DNA of 64,000 bases. Origin: Gnetum montanum (taxonomy: Eukaryota > Plantae > Gnetophyta). The notes under the pieces are model-generated. The model saw nothing but the letters and a program-made list of their open reading frames with translations. It was not told the origin of the DNA and did not search any database. Made by a program: the position numbers and the translations under genes. The DNA is taken from the NCBI GenBank assembly GCA_015680685.1, contig MNCI01002357.1:62001-126000 (forward strand). Direction: 5' to 3'. The stretch's first letter is position 1. Every line of letters starts with the position of its first letter. Positions 24,887 to 36,592 of this stretch are shown piece by piece.

Positions 24887-27800
24887 ATGTTCTAGAAGGG
24901 GGATGAATTTCCTTGGGAGCTAGAAGAAGTACCTATGCCCATCTCCATCTAGGCTTCTTCTATTGCTACTCCAAGGTAGGCAACTCTACCTATTCTTGCC
25001 TTTGTTTTCTATGGTTTTCTAGTTTTGTTTCTAATGTGCTAGAGCCACTTTTTCAAATTCTACTGTAGTGGAGGGATTAAAATGGAATTTTGATGAAATC
25101 CTACCTCCTATTTTGGCCATTTCCACATGGATTCATGGTTATTTCATTGCTTTAGCTTTTGTAGATTTGATTTTGAAAATAGGGCTTGCTATTCCATGCT
25201 TTTTTCCCAAAATTTTGGAGTATATCCATCTTTTTAGATCTAGGCCTTATGATTTGTTAAAATTAAATTTAAAAAAAAATCCTAAACCATTATTTTGGTT
25301 TAAATTTTAATGGGTTTTAATGGTTTTGACTATTTCAACTATCTCCATGACTACATCAAATCTAGGTTTTGAAGTTTTTGAAGTTTTGACATGAAGAACT
25401 AAGTAATGTTGTATACTTTTTATTGGGAGAAAAACTACACATTTGTAAAATTTTAGGTTATGTGTTTGTAGCCCTTCTTTCAGGCTTTCTAATAGAGAGT
25501 TTCACATTTAATTTGGATTCATAACGATGAAGTTATGGTTGTTTTCTTAATGTCATGTAGTTATGTTATTTGTGATATTTTTGTAATTTCATGTGTGTTT
25601 GTGAATATTTTATAAGTAAATGGCAAAGGTTTTGGCTATTTTATAGTTATTCCTAAGTAGGATTTTATTTCATACTTCCAACAAAGGTGGAATCACTTTG
25701 ATTGGGCTTAAAATGAATTTTTTACTAAGCATGTGTAATAAGGATGATTGTGCCATTTTTGGATTATTATCCAAGTTGATGACTTTTTCCTACATAAATG
25801 GCAAAGGTTTTGAATTTTTTTAATCATAGATGACTAGGGATTGACTTAAAATTTCAAATGGTGGTAAAATCACTCTATTTGAAGCTCAAAAATGTTTTTG
25901 GCGAATTTCTTACCAACCTTGTGTGAAAAGGGGTAAATGTTGATAGCTATGATTTTGGCTAAATTTTTTCATGTTCTATTGATATATGGATATAATTTTT
26001 TAGCTTTAATGATTATGGATATAAGGTTCATAATTTCAAGATTCTTTTTGTGGTGTAATCACTAAAATTAGAGTCAAAATGAAGTTTTAATGAATTTTTT
26101 GGCTATGGCTGTGTGAACAAGGCAAAATTATGGTCATAGCACACTACCCATTTGGAGATGGAAGTGGTTGATATGTATGAATTATGATTTTTTTATCAAC
26201 ACATAAAACTAATGCTTACTTTTGTAAGTAAAATATTTTTCTATTTTTATCAAGCTTTTACTATGTTTGCATGGTTTTTTTTCTAAGTTTATGATTTTTT
26301 TCTAAAGTTATGCATAGCTTAGATGCTTTTTCCAAATTTATGCATGCTTTGCATAATTTAGATGTTTTTTCCTATACTTATGCTGGCTTTTTCTAATTTT
26401 ATGCATAATTTAGATGCTATTTTCTAAATTTATGCATATTTTTCTCCAAATTTATGCATAACGTAGATGCTTTTACTAAATTTATGCATAATTTAGACTA
26501 AGACTTATTTTTGAGCTATAAAATTTTGGCTATAAGGGCTATAAAATATGGTAACAATGCTTTTATGGAATTGCTTAAGCTAATTTAGAAAAAACACCTT
26601 AGAGCTTTTTACAAAGGCTTATTTCACTTTCGACTAGACGTTTTGTCTAATTTTGCTAAGTGTTTCCATAATGTAAGTCTACATAAGGTTGTAACAATGT
26701 TTTCTTGTGGAATTGCTTAGAATAATTCAGAAAAATAACTTAGAGCTTTTTACATAGGCTAATTTCATCTTCAACTAGATGTTTTATCTAAAGTTGCTAA
26801 GTGTTTCCATAATGTAAGGCTACACAAGGTTGTAATAATGTTTTCTTGTGTAATTGCTTAGACTAATTTAGAAAAACACCTTATAACCTTTTATAGAGGG
26901 TAATTTCACCTTTGACTAGATGTTTTGTCTAAATTTTCTAAGTAGTTCTAATAGGTCAAAATGTTTTCTTGCTTTGCTTCATGTAGGGTCTTTTTGAGGC
27001 CTATCCCCATCATAGTGGAGCTGGTTAGTATCTTGTGCTACATTAAGAATCCCAAGACCAACACCCCACCACATGACATGCCTTTTGGAAAACTCTTATT
27101 GTGGTTTTGACTTGGTACAAGGGACTTCCTTACTTACCTCCTTAGGAACTTCAATGTGATGTTGTGGTTACACTTGTCCTTGGATGTAGTCAGGATTATT
27201 GTGGAGACCTTGTTGCCTTGGGCATCCTACCTGATTACTAGATACATTACTGAAAATCCACTTCCTAAGATTGCAGGGGAACTAGTGGATGCCATAAGCC
27301 AACGTTACCTTATAGAGATCTAGACGATGTTAAAGTATAGTCAATATAATACTAACAATACTTTGATGGTGGTGCATAGAGCTTGTACATTATTCTAGAA
27401 CATTCCTATTACCATGTATCATCTACTAGGATAAACATGGGTATTGTAATGCTTTTATGTTTTTAGCTTGACTACCTTTCCTAACTTCATCACTTTTACA
27501 ACTTCTTGTAGGTATAAGGTCAATGATCAGGATTTAATCATCAATGATCAAATCTTGGTAGTGGCTCAAACTTCTTTGGATGAATTCACCAAGAGTCCTT
27601 AAATTAAACTAGTTGTGTGTAAACAATTAAGAGGGGACTTTGATGAATATGCCACTAGGTTTAACCATGTATACAAGAAGTGTAAGGATGATGGGACAAT
27701 GCACAACTAGTGGGTAGATTCCAATATCCATGGATCAAATTGTTGTAGCTAGAACCTTCACACTAAAGAAGAAAAGGAAAGCTAAACATAAAGACCATAG

Positions 27801-30529
27801 TTTTTAGTGTATCATGGATTTAAGTATTCTATTGTTTCATCTAGTTGTTAAAATTGCTCATGTTGATGCTAAAATTTTGGTTGTTTCTTTACAAGACCTT
27901 CCACCTTGACTAATGTCACTATACCACTTTTAGGTTCACATCATGAGAATATTCTCATCCTAAAGTTTGGTGAGGTGACATCAGCATAGGAGTGGCTAAA
28001 GAAATAGGTTCATAGATATGTTCAAGAAAACATCCAATGTGTAGGTTTGTGAAATGTATTTATAACACCCATCCCTTCCATTCTTGTTGCAAAGATGTTG
28101 CATGTCATCTACTCCTTCGATGAGAAGGTTGGTTATTTTAGCACCATCATTTGATGTGTGAAGGTGAACATGGACATAGGTGTGTGCCTCTTCTATGAAT
28201 TGTTTGGTATCCCTACTAATGGGACAAGGGTTCCCACCAAGATAGTAAGGGAATCAGTCCATCGTGACGAAGTTTTAGAGTGTCTTGGTGCCAACATGGG
28301 CCACTCTGGAATTTCAATGGACCCTAATTCAAAGGAATCATATCCTTCATTTAGGTCTCATGTTTTTCCAGAAATTCTATCACAAAAGAAGGTAATCAAC
28401 CTAGCACAGGGATGGACCTTTAAGAAAGTCCTAATGGAGGGCATCAAATTTTATTGGATGGCTACTTTGGCTACTAGGCTTTAGGAAGAGATCCTTAGAC
28501 TCCATGCTGATACCTCTACAATAATCCACATGCACTTTTCATTTTTTGCAAGTTATCTAAAGAGGTTTCTAGAGATTTTGGTGGTGTACAATAATGAATG
28601 ATGGGTTTTCCAAGACCCAAGACAACTTTCTAGGCCTTGGATAAAGAACATTTATCCGATAGTGTAGGCCTAGAACCCACTAGAGGGGATGGATGACACA
28701 TTATCCATCATCACTAAGAATCTTGATGTTAGGCAGTACAAGTTTCTTGATAGTACTAATGATGATTAGCCTCTCATGTTTCCTACTAGTGTCCAGGATG
28801 CTAGATGTTGACGTATGGAGGTTGAAGGGGTAGCTAGGTAGAAACTCAAGAGACCTATGAAGGAGGCACCCCCAGTATCATACCAACCTGCCTAGAAGAA
28901 GCTTAAGTTTAAGCTTAGACCATCGTAGTAGGTAGTTGCAAGTATGCTTTGTTTAAATTTAGCTATTTCATATGTTAACTAGTTTTCTATGTGCTATGCT
29001 TATAGATAAGTGTTAAGCTATAGCAGCCCAAGCTACTATGAAGGTAGAACAAAGGTGTGTAGAAGAGGCACTCCTAAAGCAACCTATGGTTGAAGGATTT
29101 GTTGATGAAAGTATAGATGATCTAGACACATTTTTTGGTGAGGTGATACTAGGTACCTCCCCCATCATCATCCTAGAGGAGGAAGAAGATGAGGAGGGGC
29201 CAAGTTTGCCCATGCCTTAATATTTTTGTTATATCTCATTGTTTATCTTTGGTTTTCATCCTAACCTTTTGATGATTGTTATGCTTATAGTAGTTCTTGA
29301 GCCACCAACACAAGTTCCCATCCCTAAGTTTCATCTAAAACCATGGGTAGAGACTCTAGACAAAGTGGAGTTCATGCATGGAATGGCTAAGGACATCATT
29401 GATAGGTTGCATCAGGTTTCACCTGAGATAGGTAAAGATTTTATTTTATGTGTTTCAATCATAAGTTGTGCTTGTGTTATGGTTATCTTACATTGTGTAT
29501 TATGTTTTATGCTTTTGTAGTGCCTTCTATGAAGTGGGATCCTAATAGAGTCATGAAGATAAATTCCTTGCCTAAGCTTCCCTCTAATGTATCTAGTGTA
29601 CCTGTGAAGTTGTACAAGACTACTACTCATTTAGCAATGTCATGTGAAAAAGCTTCATGGGAGCTAGAGAGGTCCAACAAATCCCTATGAGAGGAAGTTG
29701 TGGCCCTCAAGGAGAAGACTCAATGATAGGAGGAGATGATTAGAGATCTCCAGGATCATAAGACCTTTGTGGAAGCCCAAGTGGCTAACTCAAGGGAATT
29801 TTGGACTAAGGAGATCATGTGAATCCACTACTGGCATGTCATTCAAGACAAAGTAATGGTCCTATGGGAGATGGTGGAACAATGTATATAGATGGACCTC
29901 ATCTCCCACAATGTTGAGAATTGGAAGGATCATTGTGCTTGGATCCTAGAGTGGGGAAAGACACAAAAGGTACATAAGCAACAGTACAAGGTAGATCATG
30001 GGGCCTACCTAAAGTGGCTCAAGGAGGAGTTGGTTGAACAATGCAAGAGAGAGTTGTTCATGAAGGGGATCTAGGTAGAGAGTGCTTATCAACTTTTTGA
30101 AAGTACTCTCAAGGTGGAGTAATCCCCTACTCTTCAAATTACCACTATTGTAGGTGAGACCTCTTCTCTAAAGCTACTACTAACAAGGAGCCTTTTACTT
30201 GGACTTCTATAAATAGGATTAGCATTCTCTCTAGTGTTGATCTTAGGGATGTTGACTACATCAACATGATGGAGGACTAGATCCTCCATTGTTTGGAGGA
30301 AGGCCTTGCCCCTCTACCCCTAGAAGTAATGGAGCCAAAATCTCCACAAGGTTGATATAGTTAATGCTTTAGTTTTTGTTTTAAGTCATGTTTTTAGCTA
30401 TGGGTTACTAATTGGCTATATGTTATTGCATTTCAAGCTTCAAGAGACATTGGTAGCCCTAGTAGTGAGGGTGGAAATGACCCACCACTTCCTCCTTTGG
30501 ATGCCACTCAACAGCCTCCTTTAGTTTAG
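24887..30529 (+). pseudogene. Antisense accessory gene, copy B; predicted exons 24887-24975, 26987-~27430, 27512-27781, 27895-~28931, 29006-29203, 29291-29431, 29521-30350, ~30437-30529
   Basis: Splice positions shared with A and C: CCAAG|GTAGG (24975), tgtAG (26986, 27511, 29520), tatAG (29005, 29290), AG|GTAAA (29431). Phases fit across introns 1 and 3. ORFs 28158-28484, 29038-29220, 29448-29690 and 29892-30074 are pieces. Start codon is tentative. Confidence 0.75.
26260..26945. repeat. B-specific tandem expansions in intron 1: short ttttctaaatttatgcataatttagatgc units (26260-26500) and three ~140-bp units (26535-26945)
   Basis: Directly visible; the 140-bp unit is single-copy in A (~40270-40400) and C (~1185-1320). 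Confidence 0.85.
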
Positions 30530-30819
30530 CTTGTTGTTTATTTGTTATTATTTTTATGTTGATGGCTATGATTAGCCAAGACTATGTTATGAATAGTTGT
30601 TATTCTTTGACATTATTGCCACACATTGTGGCCATAGCTATGTATGTTATGGACATTTTAACTTCAAATTTAAATTTTTGTTTTATTTTTGGCTATATGT
30701 ATTTATAATAGTAGTAAACATTGTAAATGTTATAAACATTGAGAATGGCTATGCCGACATTTTGGTTATAACATTAAATGGCTAATTGACAAAAAGAGGT
30801 GTAATAATAAACAAGATAT

Positions 30820-31420
30820 TTGCTAGTTTTAGGTCATTGTCGGCATAGGTTATATGACACGATTATGACTACATTGCCAATTTAAGGCCATGCCACACCA
30901 TAATAACAATTTAAAGTCTTAGAGGACTATAATGTTAGTTTAACATCTTAGCGAATGGGGATGCTAGTTTAAGGTCATAGTGGATTGTAATGCTAGTTTA
31001 ATGTCTTAGTGTATAGGGATGCTAGTTTAAGGTCATAGCAAACTGTAATGCTAGTTTAACATCTTAGCAAGTAGGAATGCTAGTTTAATATCTTAGCATA
31101 TGGGGATGCTATTTTAAGGTCATAGTAGATTGTAATTCTAGTTTAACATCTTAGCAGATGGGGATGCTAGTTTAAGGTCATAAAGACTAATAATGCCAAT
31201 TTAACATCTTAGCAACTAGGGATGCCAGTTTAAGATCATAGTGGACTGTGATGCCAGTTTAATGTCTTAGCAGACAACAATGCCAGTTTAGAGTCTTAGA
31301 GGATTGCCATGCTAATTTAGAGTCTTAGCAGAATGAAATGCCAATTTAATGTCTTAGTGAATGACAATGCTAGTTTAGAGTCTTAGTGGACTAGAATGCT
31401 AGTTTAACGTCTTAGAGGAC
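30820..31420. repeat. ~31-bp tandem array of roughly 18 units, partly with a two-unit higher-order period, between the converging 3' ends of gag-pro and the antisense gene
   Basis: Alternating atgctagtttaaggtcatagtggattgta and atgctagtttaacatcttagcagatgggg units. Confidence 0.92.
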
Positions 31421-31642
31421 AAGCTATAAATTATGCATAGTTATAAGGCTTTTTTGATGTTTATAAGAAAGGTTTTAAAAAATAGGTAAAAAATGTAAAT
31501 GAACTTAGGCTACCTATGGGTTACATGCATAAAGAGTAAAACAACATATGCATAAAAGATATAATAAACTGCAAAATAAAATTAAGACTACATGGCTATT
31601 GGTGCATCTAGTCATAAGGGCATGGGAACGTTAACACAAACT

Positions 31643-34600
31643 TCACTTATGTAGATTCTTCATACTCTTTGCAAGATTAGGGAGTAAGTAAGGCCTATTT
31701 TACACAAGCTTATATTCACCATCTCCTTCACTTACAATGTTAAAAAGGAGTTCATCCTATAATACATCTCATTGCTTATCGTTGTCATCATTGGCTTTCT
31801 TGCTTGTTTACTCTTCATGGCTAGAAGCTTCTTCTTGAAGCTCTACTTTGGACCCCTACTCTATGTCTATGTTGTTAACAACTAGGGGAACCAAATTATC
31901 ACCATGAATGATGATTTCACCTCCCTTGTAAAGAAGATGAATTTCTTGATGGATGGAAGAGGACACAACTCATAATTAAGCCAACCAAGGTCTTCCAAAG
32001 ATCAGGTTGAATCTTAGTGTCTCTTCCACCACCAAGAAGTACACAATTGTTGGCAATTACTCCTCGGCTACAAAATCCAAGGAGATAGATCACTTGATAG
32101 CAACTCTTGATTCATTGAAGGACTTAAGAACTATAGTGGTTATAGGTTATATCTACTTAGTTAAGACCAAGTGTTCAATGATGGTGCATGGGATGATGCT
32201 GGTTGTGACTCCATCATCAACATGCATATAATGTATTTTAAATTGTCCTATGTGTATGGTTATGAATAAAGGGATTGTAGTTACTTCACCATTATGAGGA
32301 TTAACCTTAATTTTTCTATCATGAAATGTTAAGCATTTTGACTTCTCCTCTTCTAGTGAGGAAAGAATCCTCACTACATGAATGGATTCCTCATTAGCAA
32401 GGATATTCTTTCTAATAGGGATGGAAGTCAAAATTTTGACTAGTGCCTCACGATGTGTGGTGGAAGTCATGAGTAGGTCATATAAGCTTAGCGTTATGCT
32501 TCTTTGCTTGAGGGATTTCCTGACTTAGTTGATTGCACTGAGGAAGTTTTTATCATTGATCATGGGCTTGTTGACCCAATTATGCTTTGCTTCCTCCATG
32601 CACCTCAAAATGCAAGCTTTAGCTTTAGGCTATGGTTGTTGTGGCTCTTGTTGTTTTGGTTGTGGGCTTTAGTATCCTCCTATGGCTTGTTGGTTGAAGG
32701 CATTAGGGTAGAGGAGGTCATGGGTATAGCCAAAATGAGAGTGACCTTCGTTGGACCCACTTCCTTTCATACCTCCATCTACTTGTTTCCCTTGTTATCA
32801 GACTTTTACTTATGCTTCTTCCTTTATTTGGCTAAAGTTTTTTGGTTGTTACCCATTGGGTGTAAGGAAGAGGCAATAGCATTGTCCACAACCAGGGATC
32901 ACTGTTCTATTGATTGGGCTACGACTATTTGGCTTGTATTAGGTTGGGGGATCCTAATGAAAAAAGGATTCCTCAAAGGCACTCATGATGGTACTCTTAT
33001 AAAGAAAGGTGTTCTTGAGTTGTGGTAAGCTAAAGAAGCCCTTTCATCTTAGAGGAATACTTGAATCACAAATGGTTCTCTTGCAGGTCTCTGATCGTCA
33101 TCAATGTTAAATGCTGAAATAACATAAGGGTTGTCATTAGCATTCAATAGGTCCTTGTAGACCTGCATTGACTAGTTTTGTGGCTAAACTAGATTAGAAG
33201 AATCTAGGACTAGATTCCTCCTATCTATCATCCTTTGTAGGTCATCCTTCAACATAAGGCAAAAGTCTGTGTCATGACTAGGTAGTTGATGATAATGACA
33301 AAAGTGGTCTAGCTTGAAGTATCTAGGTAACTGGGGGTCATCTTTTATTATCCTATAGGGATCCTTAGCTATTTTGCATACTCACTTGTGTTTCTTTCAA
33401 GTGGCTTTAGTCATTTTTTTATGTTGCATGCACCCACTTTTTAATAGTTGGTCTAGCAACTTGGATAGTTTTAATGGTAGCATAGTGTATTTAGACCTAT
33501 CCTTCCTTTCAAATTTAGGGTTAGTTTTTGTTGATGTAGTGGCCCTAAAGGTTGATGGTTGGTTATTGTAGTCATTAGTGGGGACCTTGGGTGGTTTAGC
33601 CTTTAGCCCTTGGTTTGTAGTCTTTGTTTCTTTTGCAATAATTGCTACAATTGTGTTGTTTTGTTTGCTCTTTTCTTTGTCTCTTTAAGTGTGTTGGTTT
33701 TTCTATGCTATATAGGTTGGATCATGACCACCCTCCACAACATCCTCTATATTTTTAGTTTGAAAAAATGCTTGGCTAAGAGACCGTGGATCAAGGTAGT
33801 AGATTTTAGACTTGATAAAGTCATTCACTACTCCCTTAAATATGGCTAACAAGTGGAATTTAGCTATAGGCTCTGGTATTTTGTTTAGTAGTCTATTCCA
33901 TCATTGGATAAAATTCTGTATGGGTTCTAAGAACCCCTACTTAACCTTCATGAGTTCATCAAGTTTTGTGTTAGACTTCAAGTTATACTTGATGTGGTTG
34001 ACAAACTAGGCTATTAGGTCCTCTAAAGAGGATATGGATTCCCTAGGCAATGTGTGATACCAATCAAGTGCTTTCCTAGTCACAGACATAGGAAAAATCC
34101 TCATGATGGTATGAGGCCATGGATGTAATAGTAAACATTTAGATTGAAAGATAATAAGGTGAGAATTAGGGTCACCTTCTTCATTATATTTGCTAAATTA
34201 AGGAATAAGAACACCAGGAGGAAGTATCAAGGGTGGGACTATAGGACTTATGGGATCATCCTAGTAGAAGTTCATAATGTTGATAGTTTGTGAAGTAGAG
34301 GCTTTAAGTCTCTTCAACTCCTACATTAGGTCTTGGATCATCTAGAAGGCTTGATCTAGGCCCTGTGATAGCCTTGTTGGTTGTGGGAATTGTACATAAG
34401 GTTGTGAGGCTTTTGACCTCACTATGGGTTGCATGATAGAAGGAAGAGGTTGCGTTATAGTTGTAGCTTGTGGAACAAACAAAGAAAAAGATGCATGTGT
34501 CAATACTTGAGTAAAAAATGGGTTAAAGGGGTGTGTGATCCTTTTGTTGCTTAGGATCCCATGGTGGACCCCACATGAGTAGTTAATAGATTTTTGATGG

Positions 34601-35267
34601 TACAAACTATTGTTGATGGTTTTATGTATCAAGACTATCTTATCAATGGCATTGATGTGTTATAGTTTGTTATTTTTGGCATTGGTTGAGTGTGATGTGT
34701 GGCTATAACTAGCATGAGGTCTACTGTAGTAGGGTACGAAGGAGTGGAAGATGGTGGCAACATACCCATAGAGAAAACAAAAGCATTAGAGGAAGGTGTT
34801 GTGACCTTGGGGGATCTTTAGTGGAATAATCCTTCTAGGATCTTTTTAGGCTTAGATTCTACCTTAAATTCATCCTCGTCTTCTTATTGTTTCTCAAAGC
34901 TATGCTTGTTATCTTCCTCTACCATGGTAATCAACTAGGCTAGGATGCTAACATAGATGTTGTTAAGGGAAGTTTGGTCATACAAGGAAGGGATGTACTT
35001 CTTCCCACTCCTGTGTATGAGCTTAAATTCTCTCTTGGATATTGCTTCAATAAATGGAATTAGCATGACTGCTTGTATCATAGCATAAATGAAGTTAGAA
35101 GGATCTTCATTTATGACTACAAAATCAAGACTCTCCCCTCTAACCCTCAAAGATCGCCTACACACAATGATGGTAGGGTCTTTGGGATCATAGACCCTCA
35201 TGGCTTATTGGCTATGGTCTTTGCCAGTGAGGGTGAAGAGCAATTTAGTGGACTATTAGAAATACAT
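31643..35267 (-). pseudogene. gag: gag-protease ORF of element B
   Basis: atagccATG at 35267 is conserved in A. Retrotransposon gag core (GDPNSHL...RIFPMSVTRKALDWYHTLP) ~34200-33750; knuckle CHYHQLPSHDTDFC ~33300-33260; protease HVDDG and FNLIFGRPWL ~32300-31980; ends ...LHK-TGA. Confidence 0.85.
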
Positions 35268-35489
35268 GGCTATAGTGCTGAGAATGGCTTAAAAATAGGC
35301 TATAAATGGTAAAATAGAAGTAAATTCCAACAAATGGAATTCAAAAAATTTTAAAGAAAATGAAAATGGTGAAAAATGAGGTTCTTACTATAATTAGTAA
35401 GTGGGGGATAAGAGGGGTTTCCCCCTTTACCAAGAATAGAAAGTTGGAAATGTTGGTTTCAAGCCTTAGCCAAGTTGGCCTTCCAACTG

Positions 35490-36400
35490 CTTCTATGCTA
35501 GGTATGATAGGGGAAAAAGAAGGGGAGGTGAGATAATGGAAATGTAACCTTCTAACTCAATGTTTATGAAAGGAAAGGCTAAAAACCAAAATGGAAAGTT
35601 TGAGTTTTCCTACTAAAAATTGGTTTTAGTAGTATGATAATTCCCTTGGCTTGGAAAATGGGGAAAAGCTAACTTTTGGAAGTTTGGTAATTTCTAGAAG
35701 GTTTGTAACACCCACTTTAGAAACTAAAATAAAGTTGGCAAAAAAAAAAGAAAAAGGATGTATAAGCTTCAATGCTAGCCTTGAAAACAAATTCATAGAA
35801 AGTGCTATGAAAAGTCACCACCCAACCACCTGTAACTTCCATGTTGTAGTTTTGATCATAGGGGGGGAAGGGGTAGCATTGATCTTTTAGGAGATGTGGC
35901 TTAAAAAAATATGGGAAAAGGCTTTCAATTTGTAATGTTGGTTTTGGAGAATTTGGCATTAAGCCTCTTCCACACTAGGCTTATCAACTACTTCTACACT
36001 AGGCATGGCAGGGGGAAAGAAGAGGGGTGAAATAATGAGAATCTCACATCTTCTAATCCAATGTTGACTAGGGAAAAAGGCTGAAAAAATCAAAGTGAAA
36101 GGTTGGTATTTCTCCAATAAAATCAATTTTAGTAGGTTGTTAACTTTCTCAACTTGGAAAGATGGGGGGAAGCCAACTTCTAGAAGTTGTATGGCTTCCA
36201 GAAGGGTTGAACCATCTACATTAGAAATAAGAGAAATTTGGCTAAAAAAATTCATAACAAGTGTTGTGAAATTTTAGCACCCAAACCACCTGTAGCTTCT
36301 ATACTTAGGTTTTTGCCATAGGAGGATTTGGCAACCAAGGGGAATAAGGAAATGCACCAAAAAAATCAATGATGGATTTAGAAATTCATAGCAACTACTG
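35490..36400. repeat. ~500-bp diverged tandem duplication in the 5' leader of B
   Basis: 35510 ggggaaaaagaaggggaggtgagataatg resembles 36011 gggggaaagaagaggggtgaaataatg; cacccaaaccacctgta occurs near 35819 and 36278. Confidence 0.65.
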
Positions 36401-36574
36401 TAAAAATTTCAAAGCCCAAAATCTTGCCACTCCCACATTACGTTTTGGGAGTAAAGGGGGATGAACTGTAGCATTTATTATGAGGTAGATTCAAAGGTTT
36501 TGGCTGCAAAAATCAAGGAAAAGCTTGCAAATTATAATGAAAAGAATAGATCTAGTCATAGAATTTAGGAAAAA

Positions 36575-36592
36575 GTCCTCCTTCTAACACCA
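36575..36592 (-). promoter_or_regulatory. Primer-binding site of B, tRNA-Asn type
   Basis: Minus strand TGGTGTTAGAAGGAGGAC; consensus with A is TGGCGCTAGAAGGAGGGC, complementary to the 3' end of plant tRNA-Asn(GUU) as recalled (...CCCTCCTTCTAGCGCCA). Confidence 0.8.

Noticed and set aside
24887-30529. Spliced gene as a resident host gene or tandem host gene family
   Set aside because: It occupies the same position inside two LTR-bounded elements and has decayed along with them.
30820-31420. CRISPR-like appearance of the ~31-bp repeats
   Set aside because: Units are contiguous and mutually similar with no unique spacers, there are no cas genes, and the context is a eukaryotic retroelement.
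32504-33028. 174-aa hydrophobic plus-strand ORF (also 45624-45947, 54095-54613, 61886-62161)
   Set aside because: These are antisense shadows of gag, protease or env-like coding sequence on the minus strand.
34935-35201. Separate Ogre-type ORF1 upstream of gag
   Set aside because: It is in frame with a conserved ATG at 35267, and its TAG looks like a decayed CAG, so it is best read as the gag N-terminus.
36575-36592. tRNA gene
   Set aside because: Only an 18-nt complement of a tRNA 3' end (a PBS), with no cloverleaf.
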